Part shown: in pieces, positions 23,848 to 34,487 of the stretch
Layout: every line of letters begins with the position of its first letter
Position numbering within the stretch: the stretch's first letter is position 1
The notes under the pieces: generated by a model
Seen by the model: the letters and a program-made list of their open reading frames with translations, nothing else
Databases searched by the model: none
What the model was told of the DNA's origin: nothing
NCBI GenBank assembly: GCA_965247115.1
Contig: CBDFGR010000002.1
Location: 1,376,001-1,440,000, forward strand
DNA length: 64,000 nucleotides
DNA from: Myxococcota bacterium
GTDB taxonomy: Bacteria > Myxococcota_A > UBA9160 > SZUA-336
Direction: 5' to 3'
Position numbers and translations under genes: made by a program

Positions 23848-26800
23848 ATGGCCCGTCTGATCACGCCGACACGCCAGGGACTCTACGATCCCCGCTTCGA
23901 ACACGACGCGTGCGGGATCGGCTTCGTCTGCAACATCGACGGTCGTCAGTCCCACGAGCTCGTCCAGAAGGGCCTACAGGTACTCGTCAACCTCACGCAC
24001 CGCGGGGCTGCGGGGAGCGATCCAGAGACCGGCGACGGCGCCGGCTTGCTTATGCAGATGCCCCATCGCTTTCTCGAGAAGGAGGGACAGCGACTCGGGT
24101 TGCGGTTGCCCGTTCCGGGCGAGTACGGCGTGGGCATGCTCTTTCTGCCCCGCGAGGAAGAGAAGCGGCGTCTGTGCGAGGAGCGCATCGAGGCAATCAT
24201 CGCCGAGGAAGGCCAGCACATCCTTGGCTGGCGCAACGTTCCGGTGCAGCCGGACGCAATCGGCCGCATGGCTCGCGAAACCCGCCCCGAGATCCGCCAG
24301 GTCTTCGTCCTGCGCGGAGCTGGGCTGGACGAGGATGCCTTCGAGCGAAAGCTCTTCGTGATCCGCAAGCTGATCGAGCACACCGTCGGGCCCGACGCGG
24401 GAGCGCACTTCTACGTGTTGAGCTTTTCCTGCCGGACCCTCGTCTACAAGGGGCTCTTGCTGGCGTTCCAGATCAAGGAGTTCTACCCGGATCTGGCCGA
24501 CCCCGCGATGGAGACTGCGATCGCGGTCATTCACCAGCGGTACAGCACGAACACCTGGCCGACCTGGGATCTCGCCCAGCCCTTCCGGTACCTGTGTCAC
24601 AACGGCGAGATCAACACCATCCGCGGCAACTACAACTGGATGCGCGCGCGGCAGTCGATCATGGAGTCCGAGCTTTGGGGAGACGACCTGGAGAAGATCT
24701 TCCCGGTCATCCGGGGCGGGGCGTCCGACTCCGCCCAGATCGACAACGCGCTCGAGTTCCTGGTGCTGTCGGGGCGCACCCTGCCGCACGCCATGATGAT
24801 GCTGATCCCAGAGGCGTGGGATCGCGATCCGCTCATGCCTGCCGAGAAGAAGGCCTTCTACCGCTACAACCAGTGTTTGATGGAGCCCTGGGACGGCCCT
24901 GCTTCGATGGCCTTCTCGGACGGGCGGCGCGTGGGCGGCGTCCTCGACCGCAACGGCCTGCGCCCGTCGCGCTACTGGGTGACCAAAGACAACTTCGTGG
25001 TGCTCGCCTCGGAGACGGGCGTGCTCCCGATCGATCCCGAGGCGGTCACCTACAAAGGCCGGCTCCAGCCCGGGCGCATGCTGCTCATCGACACCGAAGA
25101 GGGTCGGATCATCCCCGACGAGGAGCTCAAGACCGAGTACGCAGCGCGGCGGCCGTACGTTGAGTGGGTGAGCGGGAACCTGGCCAAGCTGAACGAGCTG
25201 CCGGCGCGGGCAGAGCGACCGGTGCAGGACGGCGAGACGGACCTACTCACACGCCAGCGCATGTTCGGCTACACGTTCGAGGACCAGCGCATCCTGCTTG
25301 CACCGATGATCACGACGGGTATGGAAGCGACGGGGTCCATGGGCAACGACACGCCGATCGCCGCGCTCTCCGATCAGCCCCAGCTGCTCTTCAACTACTT
25401 CAAGCAGGTCTTCGCGCAGGTCACGAATCCCGCGATCGACTCGACACGAGAAGACAGCGTCATGTCGCTCATAAGCACGCTCGGCACAGAGCGGAACTGC
25501 CTGGTCGAGACGCCCGAGCACGCCAGGGTGCTCGAGCTGGACCAGCCAATCCTCGTGGACTCCGAGCTCGAGCGAATCCGCCAGATCGATCACCCGCACT
25601 ACAGAGCGGTCACGCTCCCGATCGTCTTCGACGCTGGCGCCGATCTGCATGCGAGCTTGCGCCACGCGCTCGATCGCCTGCAGGAGCAGGCGGTGGAGGC
25701 CATCCGTGGCGGCGCAAACATCCTGGTGCTCTCCGACCGCGGCGCCGGACCCGACCACATCCCGATTCCGAGCTTGCTCGCGACGGGCGCGGTGCATCAC
25801 CACCTGATCCGTGAAGGCAAGCGGATGGAGTGCGGGATCGTGGTGGAGACGGGCGAGGCGCGCGAAGTCGCGCACTTCGCCCTCCTGATCGGGTATGGCG
25901 CGGGCGCGATCAACCCCTACGTCGCGCTCTCGTCGCTCGCCCGAATGGTGGACGACGGCGCCTTCGTACCAGCGGATCTCACACACGAGGAGGCGCTTCA
26001 AAACTACATCAAGGCGCTGGGAAAGGGGCTGCTCAAGATCTTCGCCAAGATGGGTATCTCGACGCTGGCCAGCTATCGGGGGGCACAGATATTCGAGGCC
26101 GTGGGCGTGCGGCGAGACGTGGTCGACGAGTTCTTCTCCGAGACCGCGAGCCGGATCGGAGGGGTCGGCCTCAAGACGATCGCCGAGGAGGCCGGGCGCA
26201 GGCACGAGCGCGCCTATCCCGTGACGGTACAGAGCGAGAGCGAGCTGGACGTGGGCGGGCAGTACCAGTGGCGACGTAACGGCGAGCGGCACCTGCTCGA
26301 CCCCAAGACGATCCACACGCTGCAGCAAGCCACGCGAACCGACGACTACGAGCTCTACAAGCGTTATGCGCAGACCATCAACGATCAGAGCAAGAGCCTG
26401 TTCACCATCCGCGGGATGCTCCGTTTCAAGAAGCGCGACCCGATCCCTCTCGAAGACGTGGAGCCGATCGAAGACATCATGCGGCGTTTCTGTACCGGCG
26501 CGATGTCCTTCGGGTCGATCAGCGCCGAGGCACACGAGACACTCGCGATCGCCATGAACCGCATCGGCGGCAAGAGCAACAGCGGAGAGGGCGGAGAGGA
26601 TCCTGCGCGCTTCACTCCAGATCCGAACGGCGACTCGCGCCGCAGCGCGATCAAGCAGGTGGCCTCCGGCCGCTTTGGCGTCACGAGCTGGTACCTCACG
26701 AACGCGAAGGAGCTCCAGATCAAAGTGGCGCAGGGTGCCAAGCCCGGCGAGGGCGGACAGCTGCCAGGCCACAAGGTCAACCGCACCATCGCTCGTGTTC

Positions 26801-28374
26801 GCAGCTCGACACCGGGGGTAGGATTGATCTCGCCGCCCCCTCACCACGACATCTACTCGATCGAGGACCTGGCTCAGCTGATCCACGATCTCAAGAACTC
26901 GAACCCGAACGCGGACATCAGCGTCAAGCTTGTATCTGTCACGGGCGTAGGCACGATCGCAGCGGGCGTCTCGAAGGGCCACGCGGAGTCGGTCCAGATC
27001 GCTGGCGCCTCCGGAGGCACGGGCGCCTCGCCGCAAACGTCGATCAAGCACGCCGGGGTGCCCTGGGAGATCGGGCTCTCGGAAACCCAGCAGGCCCTCG
27101 TGATGAACGATCTGCGGGGCCGGATTCGCGTCCACGTAGACGGACAGCTGCGGACGGGCCGGGACGTGGTGATCGGGGCGATGCTCGGGGCCGACGAGTT
27201 CGGCTTCGGCACCATCGCGCTGGTCACGCTGGGCTGCATCATGATGCGCGTTTGTCACCTGAACACCTGTCCGGTCGGCGTCGCGACCCAGGAAGAGGCG
27301 CTGCGCAAGAAGTTCACCGGCGACCCCCAGCACGCGATCAATTTCTTCCGCTTCGTCGCCGAGGAGACGCGCGAGATCCTGGCCACGCTCGGTTTCCGAA
27401 AGCTCGAGGACCTGATCGGCCGTCCCGACCTGCTCGAGCCCGATCCCTCGATCTCTCACTGGAAACTCGAGGAGGGGCTCGACTTCTCAGCACTCCTCTA
27501 CCGCCCAACGGCGCCGCGCGAAGATGTCGCGATCCGTCACGTCGAGGGGCAGAACCACTCGCTGGATGAGGCACTCGACGTCGAGCTGATCCGGCTCTGC
27601 AAGCCCGCAGTCGAGCGAATGCAGCCCGTCGAGCTGAGCCTCCCCATCAGCAATGTAAACAGAACCGTGGGAACGATGTTGGGCAGCGCGGTTTCCAACC
27701 GGCACGGTCTCGAGGGACTGCCCGACAACACGATCCGCATCCGCTTCACCGGCAGCGCGGGACAGAGCTTCGGCGCCTTCATCCCCCACGGAATCACGCT
27801 CGTCCTCGTGGGCGACTCGAACGACTATACAGGGAAGGGACTATCGGGTGGGCGCCTGATCATCCATCCGAACCCGCTCTCCACCTTCGACGCGTCGAAG
27901 AACATTGTGGTCGGCAACGTCACCCTGTACGGCGCGACCTCCGGCGAGGCTTTCTTCAACGGTGTGGCTGGTGAGCGCTTCATGGTCCGGAACAGCGGTG
28001 CCCACGCCGTCGTCGAGGGCGTCGGAGACCACGGCTGCGAGTACATGACGGGCGGACGCACGGCCATCCTCGGACCGGTTGGGCGCAACTTCGCGGCCGG
28101 TATGAGCGGCGGAATCGCCTATGTGCTCGACCCGGACACCAGGCTGCCCGAGCTGTACAACCCCGGGCTCGTCGATCTGGAACGGATCGAGAACGAGGAC
28201 GACGAGGCCGAGTTGCGCGAGCTCATCGAGGCCCACTTCCGCCACACCAGAAGCAATCTCGCGGAGCGAATCCTGGAGAAGTGGGAAACCACGTGGCCCA
28301 ACTTCGCGAAGGTCATGCCGCGCGACTACAAGCGCGCATTGATGGGAATCGAGTTCGGCGAGAGCGACTACTGA
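23848..28374 (+). CDS. gltB: Glutamate synthase large subunit
   Basis: [73 protein letters not shown]. Confidence 0.99.
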   Translation: MARLITPTRQGLYDPRFEHDACGIGFVCNIDGRQSHELVQKGLQVLVNLTHRGAAGSDPETGDGAGLLMQMPHRFLEKEGQRLGLRLPVPGEYGVGMLFLPREEEKRRLCEERIEAIIAEEGQHILGWRNVPVQPDAIGRMARETRPEIRQVFVLRGAGLDEDAFERKLFVIRKLIEHTVGPDAGAHFYVLSFSCRTLVYKGLLLAFQIKEFYPDLADPAMETAIAVIHQRYSTNTWPTWDLAQPFRYLCHNGEINTIRGNYNWMRARQSIMESELWGDDLEKIFPVIRGGASDSAQIDNALEFLVLSGRTLPHAMMMLIPEAWDRDPLMPAEKKAFYRYNQCLMEPWDGPASMAFSDGRRVGGVLDRNGLRPSRYWVTKDNFVVLASETGVLPIDPEAVTYKGRLQPGRMLLIDTEEGRIIPDEELKTEYAARRPYVEWVSGNLAKLNELPARAERPVQDGETDLLTRQRMFGYTFEDQRILLAPMITTGMEATGSMGNDTPIAALSDQPQLLFNYFKQVFAQVTNPAIDSTREDSVMSLISTLGTERNCLVETPEHARVLELDQPILVDSELERIRQIDHPHYRAVTLPIVFDAGADLHASLRHALDRLQEQAVEAIRGGANILVLSDRGAGPDHIPIPSLLATGAVHHHLIREGKRMECGIVVETGEAREVAHFALLIGYGAGAINPYVALSSLARMVDDGAFVPADLTHEEALQNYIKALGKGLLKIFAKMGISTLASYRGAQIFEAVGVRRDVVDEFFSETASRIGGVGLKTIAEEAGRRHERAYPVTVQSESELDVGGQYQWRRNGERHLLDPKTIHTLQQATRTDDYELYKRYAQTINDQSKSLFTIRGMLRFKKRDPIPLEDVEPIEDIMRRFCTGAMSFGSISAEAHETLAIAMNRIGGKSNSGEGGEDPARFTPDPNGDSRRSAIKQVASGRFGVTSWYLTNAKELQIKVAQGAKPGEGGQLPGHKVNRTIARVRSSTPGVGLISPPPHHDIYSIEDLAQLIHDLKNSNPNADISVKLVSVTGVGTIAAGVSKGHAESVQIAGASGGTGASPQTSIKHAGVPWEIGLSETQQALVMNDLRGRIRVHVDGQLRTGRDVVIGAMLGADEFGFGTIALVTLGCIMMRVCHLNTCPVGVATQEEALRKKFTGDPQHAINFFRFVAEETREILATLGFRKLEDLIGRPDLLEPDPSISHWKLEEGLDFSALLYRPTAPREDVAIRHVEGQNHSLDEALDVELIRLCKPAVERMQPVELSLPISNVNRTVGTMLGSAVSNRHGLEGLPDNTIRIRFTGSAGQSFGAFIPHGITLVLVGDSNDYTGKGLSGGRLIIHPNPLSTFDASKNIVVGNVTLYGATSGEAFFNGVAGERFMVRNSGAHAVVEGVGDHGCEYMTGGRTAILGPVGRNFAAGMSGGIAYVLDPDTRLPELYNPGLVDLERIENEDDEAELRELIEAHFRHTRSNLAERILEKWETTWPNFAKVMPRDYKRALMGIEFGESDY

Positions 28375-29825
28375 TGGGCAAGGTGACGGGCTTCATGGAG
28401 TACGTCCGGGATACGCCCACCAAGCGGGACGTCGGGCGGCGAGTGCGGGACTACCTCGAGGTCTATACCGAGCCGAGCGAGGATGAGATCCGCACCCAGG
28501 GCGCGCGCTGCATGGACTGCGGTGTGCCGTTCTGCAACGACGCCTGCCCGCTCGGGAACATCATTCCCGACTGGAACGACCTGGTCTATCGGGGGAAGTG
28601 GCACGACGCGCTGCAGCGTCTGCACCGCACAAACAACTTTCCCGAGTTCACGGGGCGGATCTGCCCGGCTCCCTGCGAGTCGGCCTGCGTGCTCGGCATC
28701 AACGACCTACCGGTCACGATCGAGTTCATCGAGAAGACGATCGTCGAGCGGGGCTTTGCCGAGGGCTGGATCGTGCCCGAACCGCCCGCGAGGCGAACCG
28801 GCAAGCGGGTCGCGGTCGTTGGCTCGGGACCCGCCGGAATGGCGGCCTCACAGCAGCTCAATCGTGCGGGTCACCACGTAACGCTGTTCGAGCGCAAGGA
28901 CCGGATCGGCGGTCTACTCCGCTATGGGATCCCGGACTTCAAGCTCGAGAAGCACGTAATCGACCGACGCGCGGAGATCATGCAGGCGGAGGGCGTGGAG
29001 TTTCGCACCGGGGTCCACGTCGGGATCGACACATCGGCCGAAGAGCTGCTGGCAGAGTTCGACGCGGTGCTGCTCACGGGGGGAGCCGAGGCGCCGCGCG
29101 ACCTCCCCGTACCAGGTCGGGAGCTCACGGGTGTCCACTTCGCGATGGAGTTCTTGGAGCAGCAGAACCGGCGCGTCTCCGGAGACTCGCTCGATCCGAG
29201 CGCCGACATACTGGCAACCGGGGGCAACACGTTCGTCCTCGGCGGCGGAGATACCGGGTCCGACTGCATAGGCACGAGCCATCGCCAGGCCGCGAGGCAG
29301 GTGTACAACTTCGAGCTGCTCGAGAAGCCGCCGGAGGGCCGCACGGCGAACACCCCCTGGCCCGTCCACCCCCTTCCCTCTCAGATCCTCCGCACCTCCA
29401 CCTCCCACGAAGAGGGGGGCGAGCGCGACTGGGGGATTTCGACGACCTCGTTTTCCGGGTCGAACGGCGTGCTCCAGAAGCTGCACGCCGCGCGCGTGCG
29501 CTTCGGCGATCCCGATGCGAGCGGCCGCCGTCCGATGGAGACAATCCCCGGCAGCGAGTTCACGCTCGACGCAGACCTCGTTCTTCTCGCCCTCGGCTTC
29601 CTTGGGCCGGTCCGTGAAGGACTGCTCGAAGATCTCGGTGTAGACCTGACGGAGCGCGGCAATGTCGCCACGGAGGGCTACGCGACCAGCGTTCCGCGTG
29701 TCTACGCAGCGGGCGACCTGCGTCGTGGCCAATCGCTAGTCGTCTGGGCGATCGCGGAGGGCCGCGAGGCGGCGGCGCAGATCAACCAAGATCTCTCGCG
29801 CTCTGCGACTTCGCCCTTACTTTGA
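28374..29825 (+). CDS. gltD: Glutamate synthase small subunit
   Basis: MGKVTGF, RCMDCGVPFC, NNFPEFTGRICPAPCE, GGGDTGSDC, RRGQSLVVWAI; TGATG coupling to gltB. Confidence 0.98.
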   Translation: MGKVTGFMEYVRDTPTKRDVGRRVRDYLEVYTEPSEDEIRTQGARCMDCGVPFCNDACPLGNIIPDWNDLVYRGKWHDALQRLHRTNNFPEFTGRICPAPCESACVLGINDLPVTIEFIEKTIVERGFAEGWIVPEPPARRTGKRVAVVGSGPAGMAASQQLNRAGHHVTLFERKDRIGGLLRYGIPDFKLEKHVIDRRAEIMQAEGVEFRTGVHVGIDTSAEELLAEFDAVLLTGGAEAPRDLPVPGRELTGVHFAMEFLEQQNRRVSGDSLDPSADILATGGNTFVLGGGDTGSDCIGTSHRQAARQVYNFELLEKPPEGRTANTPWPVHPLPSQILRTSTSHEEGGERDWGISTTSFSGSNGVLQKLHAARVRFGDPDASGRRPMETIPGSEFTLDADLVLLALGFLGPVREGLLEDLGVDLTERGNVATEGYATSVPRVYAAGDLRRGQSLVVWAIAEGREAAAQINQDLSRSATSPLL

Positions 29826-29851
29826 CACGGGAACCGCCTGCAGGATAGTCT
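29822..29851 (+). promoter_or_regulatory. Putative sigma70 promoter for the wcaJ-like gene
   Basis: TTGACA (overlapping the gltD stop), 18 nt, TAGTCT. Confidence 0.4.
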
Positions 29852-29881
29852 CCGCCTCCGAGGCGGCGGCGGGGGAGCGGT

Positions 29882-31279
29882 TTGCTGCGAAAATACAGCG
29901 AGATCTTCCGAACAGCCTGCGGGCTGGTCGACCTCGCGATCGTCGCTGCAGCTTGGCTCGGCGCGTACGCACTCCGCTTTCACAGTGGATTGTTTCCTCC
30001 TCCTCCCGTACGAACGCCCTTTGAAAACTACGCCTGGCTACTGGTCGGGATCCTGCCCCTCTGGCACCTGCTGCTCCATCATCGCGGACTCTACGAGCCC
30101 GAGGCGCGCCGCTCCGTCTTTCGCGACAGCCGCGCTCTCGTAGAAGTATCCCTGCTGGGAACCGTGATCCTCGTCATCGCCACGTTCTTCGCGCAGCAGT
30201 TCTGGGTCTCGCGGCTCACGGTGCTCGTCTTCCTCCTGACGAGCTTCTTCGGCCTCGTGGTCGCGCGCACCGCGATGTACGTGGGGCTCCACGAGCTCCG
30301 GCGCCGGGGCATGAACACGCAGAGCTTGCTCATCGTGGGCACCGGTGCTCTCGCTCGGGAGGCATACACCCGCTTCCACGAGCACCCCGAAATGGGCTTT
30401 CACATCGTCGGCTTCCTCGGTCCGTCGAGCGCGGGCCTCGGAGGGACCTTCCCACCGCATCTCGGGACCTACGGGGACCTGCAAAAGATCGTCCTCGACC
30501 AGCAGATCGCCCAGGTCGCAATCGCCCTGGATCGCAGCGACCCCGCCGACCCGAACAAGATGATTCTCGAGCTGCACGACACGACGGCGGGAGTTCGGAT
30601 CGTTCCGGACCTGCTCGGACTGAACACCGTCCAGGCCGGGATCGACGACCTGGATGGTCTTCCCATGGTGCGAGTGGTCGAGTCTCCGCTACTCGGCTGG
30701 CCCCAGGTGGCAAAGCGGCTGATCGACATCGTGGTTTCTGCGGTTGGACTTGTCGTCGGTGCTCCCGTCATCGCGACCATCGCCCTCGGCGTGCGGCTCA
30801 GCTCGCCTGGCCGCATCCTCTACCCTCAGGAGCGGATGGGACTCGACGGCCAGCTCTTCACAATGCTGAAGTTTCGCACCATGACCTCTGACGCCGAGGA
30901 CGACACGGGGCCCGTCTGGGCAACGAATGACGACCCGCGACGCACGCGGCTCGGCCGCTTTCTGCGCCGCTTCAACCTCGACGAGATCCCTCAGCTCTGG
31001 AACGTGCTCGTGGGCGAGATGAGCCTGGTCGGGCCTCGACCCGAACGGCCCGAGTTCATCCAGGAGTTCCGGAAGAAGTTCCCGGGCTACATGCTGCGCC
31101 ACAAGATGAAGGGTGGCATGACGGGCTGGGCACAGGTCAACGGCTGTCGTGGCAACACACCGATCGAGAAGCGCCTCGAGAACGACATCGCCTACCTGCG
31201 TCGGTGGTCGCTGCTCTTCGATCTCAAGATCCTGGTGCTGACCTTCGTCCGCGCCTTCAACGACCCGAACGCCAACTGA
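29882..31279 (+). CDS. Undecaprenyl-phosphate glucose phosphotransferase (WcaJ-like)
   Basis: N-terminal TM helices, KRLIDI, KFRTM, LDEIPQLWNVL.GEMSLVGPRPER, GMTGWAQVNG. Confidence 0.93.
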   Translation: MLRKYSEIFRTACGLVDLAIVAAAWLGAYALRFHSGLFPPPPVRTPFENYAWLLVGILPLWHLLLHHRGLYEPEARRSVFRDSRALVEVSLLGTVILVIATFFAQQFWVSRLTVLVFLLTSFFGLVVARTAMYVGLHELRRRGMNTQSLLIVGTGALAREAYTRFHEHPEMGFHIVGFLGPSSAGLGGTFPPHLGTYGDLQKIVLDQQIAQVAIALDRSDPADPNKMILELHDTTAGVRIVPDLLGLNTVQAGIDDLDGLPMVRVVESPLLGWPQVAKRLIDIVVSAVGLVVGAPVIATIALGVRLSSPGRILYPQERMGLDGQLFTMLKFRTMTSDAEDDTGPVWATNDDPRRTRLGRFLRRFNLDEIPQLWNVLVGEMSLVGPRPERPEFIQEFRKKFPGYMLRHKMKGGMTGWAQVNGCRGNTPIEKRLENDIAYLRRWSLLFDLKILVLTFVRAFNDPNAN

Positions 31280-31953
31280 GCCCGCGAGGACAAGAGCGCG
31301 CGCAGGCTCCCTGGCACGTTGGTGAAGACCCCATCGATGGAAAGATCGATGAGGCGCTGCTGCTCCGCGGGTTCGTCGACCGTGTAGACGCGTACCATCA
31401 GGTCGCGCGCGTGGAGCGTCTGGATGCGCTCGGGACTCGAGAGCGACGCGTGCAGGTGAACGGCCTCCGCTCCGAGCGAGCCCGCTCGCTGCTCGACGTT
31501 TCTCGCGGATCGGGTGGAGACCAGAAGTCCGATCCGCGCGAGTGGCTCGAGCTCGCGGATCCGGTGCAGCACGGAATCGAAGAACGATGAGAAGACCGTC
31601 TGCTCCAACACGCGGTGTTCGCGCACGAGCTCGAGCGCACGCTGCTCCAGCCCGGGATACTCGGTCTCCCCGCGCTTGACCTCGAGGTTGAACGGAACGC
31701 GCCGGGCGAAGGCATCGAGCGTCTCGCTCAGACTCGGCGTGGCGGGGCGGTGCTTTCGCAGCTCTTCGAGCGTCAGCCTCCCAACGGTCAGTCCTCCGAC
31801 GGTGCCGTCGTGGGTGAGACCGACGGCCCCATCGCGCAGCAGATGCAGATCGGTCTCGATCATGTCGGCGCCCTGCTCGATCGCAAGCTCGAAAGCAGCC
31901 GATGTGTTCTCCGGTGCGTCCGCCGAGGCGCCTCGGTGTGCGATGATGATCAC
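31192..31953 (-). CDS. Glycerophosphodiester phosphodiesterase
   Basis: AHRGAS..APENT, IETDLH, NLEVK, YTVD, DGVFTN; adjacent to glpK. Confidence 0.92.
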   Translation of the reverse strand: MIIIAHRGASADAPENTSAAFELAIEQGADMIETDLHLLRDGAVGLTHDGTVGGLTVGRLTLEELRKHRPATPSLSETLDAFARRVPFNLEVKRGETEYPGLEQRALELVREHRVLEQTVFSSFFDSVLHRIRELEPLARIGLLVSTRSARNVEQRAGSLGAEAVHLHASLSSPERIQTLHARDLMVRVYTVDEPAEQQRLIDLSIDGVFTNVPGSLRALLSSRAQLAFGSLKARTKVSTRILRSKSSDHRRR

Positions 31954-31955
31954 GC

Positions 31956-33434
31956 TCAGCTTCGGGACCGCTCCACGGCGTGCTGCCAGCCCGCCATGAG
32001 CTCGTCACGGATGGCGGGATCCAGCTGCGGCGCGAAGGCGCGATCCTCCTGCCAGTTCGCCCGGATCTGCTCGCGGTTCTCCCAGAACCCGACCGCCAGG
32101 CCTGCGAGGTAGGCGGCGCCAAGGGCCGTCGTCTCGTGCACGACGGGACGTCGCACGGGTATCCCGAGCAGGTCGGCCTGGAACTGCATCAAGAAGTCGT
32201 TCGCAGCAGCGCCGCCATCGACCTGGAGCTGGGGGATCGTGAGCTTCGTATCCTGCTCGAAGCAGCGCAGCACCTCCGCGCTCTGATAGGCGATGCATTC
32301 GAGCGCCGCGCGCACCAGGTGGGCGCGACCCGAGCCGCGCGTGAGACCGACCAGGGTCCCGCGCGCCTCGGGGTCCCAGTAGGGGGCGCCCAGGCCGGTG
32401 AAGGCAGGCACAAGGTAGACCCCGCCGGTGCTTTCGACGGAGCGTGCAATCGCCTCGCTCTCCGCCGCGTCTTTGAGCAACCCCAGCTCGTCACGCAGCC
32501 ACTGGATCGCCGCGCCCGCCACGAAGACCGAGCCCTCGAGCGCGTACTCGATCGTGCCGTCCACCCCCCATGCGATCGTCGTGAGCAGCCCGGACTCGGA
32601 GCGGTGCGGCACGGTCCCCGTGTTCATCAGCATGAAGCAGCCGGTGCCGTACGTGTTCTTCGTCGCTCCACGGTCGAAGCATGTCTGACCGAACAGCGCC
32701 GCCTGCTGATCGCCCGCCATCCCCGAGATCGGGATGCTCGCGCCGTCAAGGAGCTCTGCGTCGGTCCGCCCGAACTCGCCGCTGGAGTCGCGAACCTCCG
32801 GGAGCAGCGCCGCCGGAATATCCAGCGCCTCAAGCAGCTCGGGATCCCAGCGCAGGGCGTGAAGATCGTAGATCAAGGTCCTGGACGCGTTGCTGTACTC
32901 CGTAGCGTGAACTCTTCCGCCCGTGAGCTTGTAGACGAGCCAGCTGTCGATCGTTCCAAAGGCCAGCTCCCCACGCACAGCGCCATCGCGCGCGCCAGCG
33001 ACATTGTCGAGGATCCACTTGATCTTGGTTCCGGAGAAATAGGGGTCCAGCAGAAGACCGGTACGCTCCGTGAAGAGGGGCTCGAGCCCGCGCTGCTTGA
33101 GCTCTTCGCAGATTGGTGTCGTCTGCCGCGATTGCCACACGATGGCCGGACAGATAGGCCGCCCGGTCGACCTCTCCCAGATGACGGTCGTCTCGCGCTG
33201 ATTCGTGATGCCGATGGCCGCGATCTCAGCGTAGCGAGCTCCCGCTCGACCGACGACGCCTCGAAGCGCGCGCAGCTGAGTGTCCCAGATCTCGTTCGCA
33301 TCGTGCTCGACCCAGCCCGGCTGGGGATAGTGCTGCTGGAACTCGTGCGCTTCGCTCGCGACGCTGCGCCCGGACTCGTCGAACAGGATCGCGCGCGAGC
33401 TCGTGGTGCCCTGGTCGAGGGCCAAGACGTACAT
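31956..33434 (-). CDS. glpK: Glycerol kinase
   Basis: [53 protein letters not shown]. Confidence 0.98.
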   Translation of the reverse strand: MYVLALDQGTTSSRAILFDESGRSVASEAHEFQQHYPQPGWVEHDANEIWDTQLRALRGVVGRAGARYAEIAAIGITNQRETTVIWERSTGRPICPAIVWQSRQTTPICEELKQRGLEPLFTERTGLLLDPYFSGTKIKWILDNVAGARDGAVRGELAFGTIDSWLVYKLTGGRVHATEYSNASRTLIYDLHALRWDPELLEALDIPAALLPEVRDSSGEFGRTDAELLDGASIPISGMAGDQQAALFGQTCFDRGATKNTYGTGCFMLMNTGTVPHRSESGLLTTIAWGVDGTIEYALEGSVFVAGAAIQWLRDELGLLKDAAESEAIARSVESTGGVYLVPAFTGLGAPYWDPEARGTLVGLTRGSGRAHLVRAALECIAYQSAEVLRCFEQDTKLTIPQLQVDGGAAANDFLMQFQADLLGIPVRRPVVHETTALGAAYLAGLAVGFWENREQIRANWQEDRAFAPQLDPAIRDELMAGWQHAVERSRS

Positions 33435-33443
33435 GAGCGCTCC

Positions 33444-34475
33444 CTAACCTTCTATAGGGGAGAACAGCGCGCCGGCAAACTCCTCCGGCACGAAGTCGGC
33501 AAGATCCTCCAGCCCTTCTCCGAGCCCCACGTAGCGCACGGGTAGCCCGACCTCCTCGGCAATGCCCAGGACAACCCCGCCCTTGGCTGTCCCATCGAGC
33601 TTGCAGAGGATGATCCCCGAGACGGCCACCGCGTCGGCAAACTCACGCGCCTGGCGGATCGCGTTCTGTCCCGTGTTCGCGTCGAGGACCAGTAGTACCT
33701 CGTGAGGTGCATCCGGGATCTCTTTCTGCAGCACTCGGGAGATCTTCGCCAGCTCGTCCATCAGGCCGCGGTCGGTCTGCAGCCGGCCGGCCGTGTCGAC
33801 GATGACCACGTCGAAGTCACGGGCGCACGCCGCCTTCACAGCGTCATAGGCTACCGCGGCCGGGTCGCCCCCAGGACTACCCTTCACGATCTCAGCGCCG
33901 GCGCGGTCCGCCCAGACGCCGAGCTGCTCGATGGCCGCCGCGCGGAAGGTATCGCCCGCCGCGACCAGCACCCTGTCGCCCTGCTGCCCGAAACGCGCGG
34001 CGAGCTTTCCGATCGACGTCGTCTTTCCTGAGCCGTTGACACCGACCACGAGGACCACATGGGGGCGGGCCTTCCGCGGTACGTCGGCAGAGGGTTGGGC
34101 GCGCAGGATCTCCAAAGCGCGCGCCTCGAGACGGGTCTTGATCTCCGCGGGAGACGTGGCCTCGCGCGCGCTCTCGAGCAGCGCCTCCGCCGTGCGCACG
34201 CCGAGATCGGCTCCGAACAGGAGCTCTTCGAGCTCGCTGAAGGTCTCCGCATCGAGCTCCGCCCGTCCCCGAAGCAGCCTCTCGAGAGGTCCGACCAACG
34301 CTCGGCGGCTCCTCTCGAGTCCCGAGCGGAGGTCCGGAGCCCGCCTCAGTGCGGGAACGGGGCGATCGCGAGCGAGCACGGCTCTGGGGAACGCCACTGC
34401 AAAGCTCGTGAGCAGCAGCACCAGGCAGGCACCGACCCACAGGAACAGAACCAGGTGCAGGGTCTCCAGGCTCAT
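33444..34475 (-). CDS. ftsY: SRP receptor FtsY with N-terminal hydrophobic helix
   Basis: GVNGSGKTT, DTFRAAA, DTAGR, KLDGTAKGG. Confidence 0.96.
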   Translation of the reverse strand: MSLETLHLVLFLWVGACLVLLLTSFAVAFPRAVLARDRPVPALRRAPDLRSGLERSRRALVGPLERLLRGRAELDAETFSELEELLFGADLGVRTAEALLESAREATSPAEIKTRLEARALEILRAQPSADVPRKARPHVVLVVGVNGSGKTTSIGKLAARFGQQGDRVLVAAGDTFRAAAIEQLGVWADRAGAEIVKGSPGGDPAAVAYDAVKAACARDFDVVIVDTAGRLQTDRGLMDELAKISRVLQKEIPDAPHEVLLVLDANTGQNAIRQAREFADAVAVSGIILCKLDGTAKGGVVLGIAEEVGLPVRYVGLGEGLEDLADFVPEEFAGALFSPIEG

Positions 34476-34487
34476 CGCGGCGGGAGT

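Noticed and set aside
25243..27459. Long antisense or alternative-frame ORFs (also 9716-11782, 31980-33545, 34857-36887, 40033-42072, 43350-45377)
   Set aside because: Shadow frames of well-supported genes in high-GC DNA; Arg/Pro/Ala-rich and motif-free.
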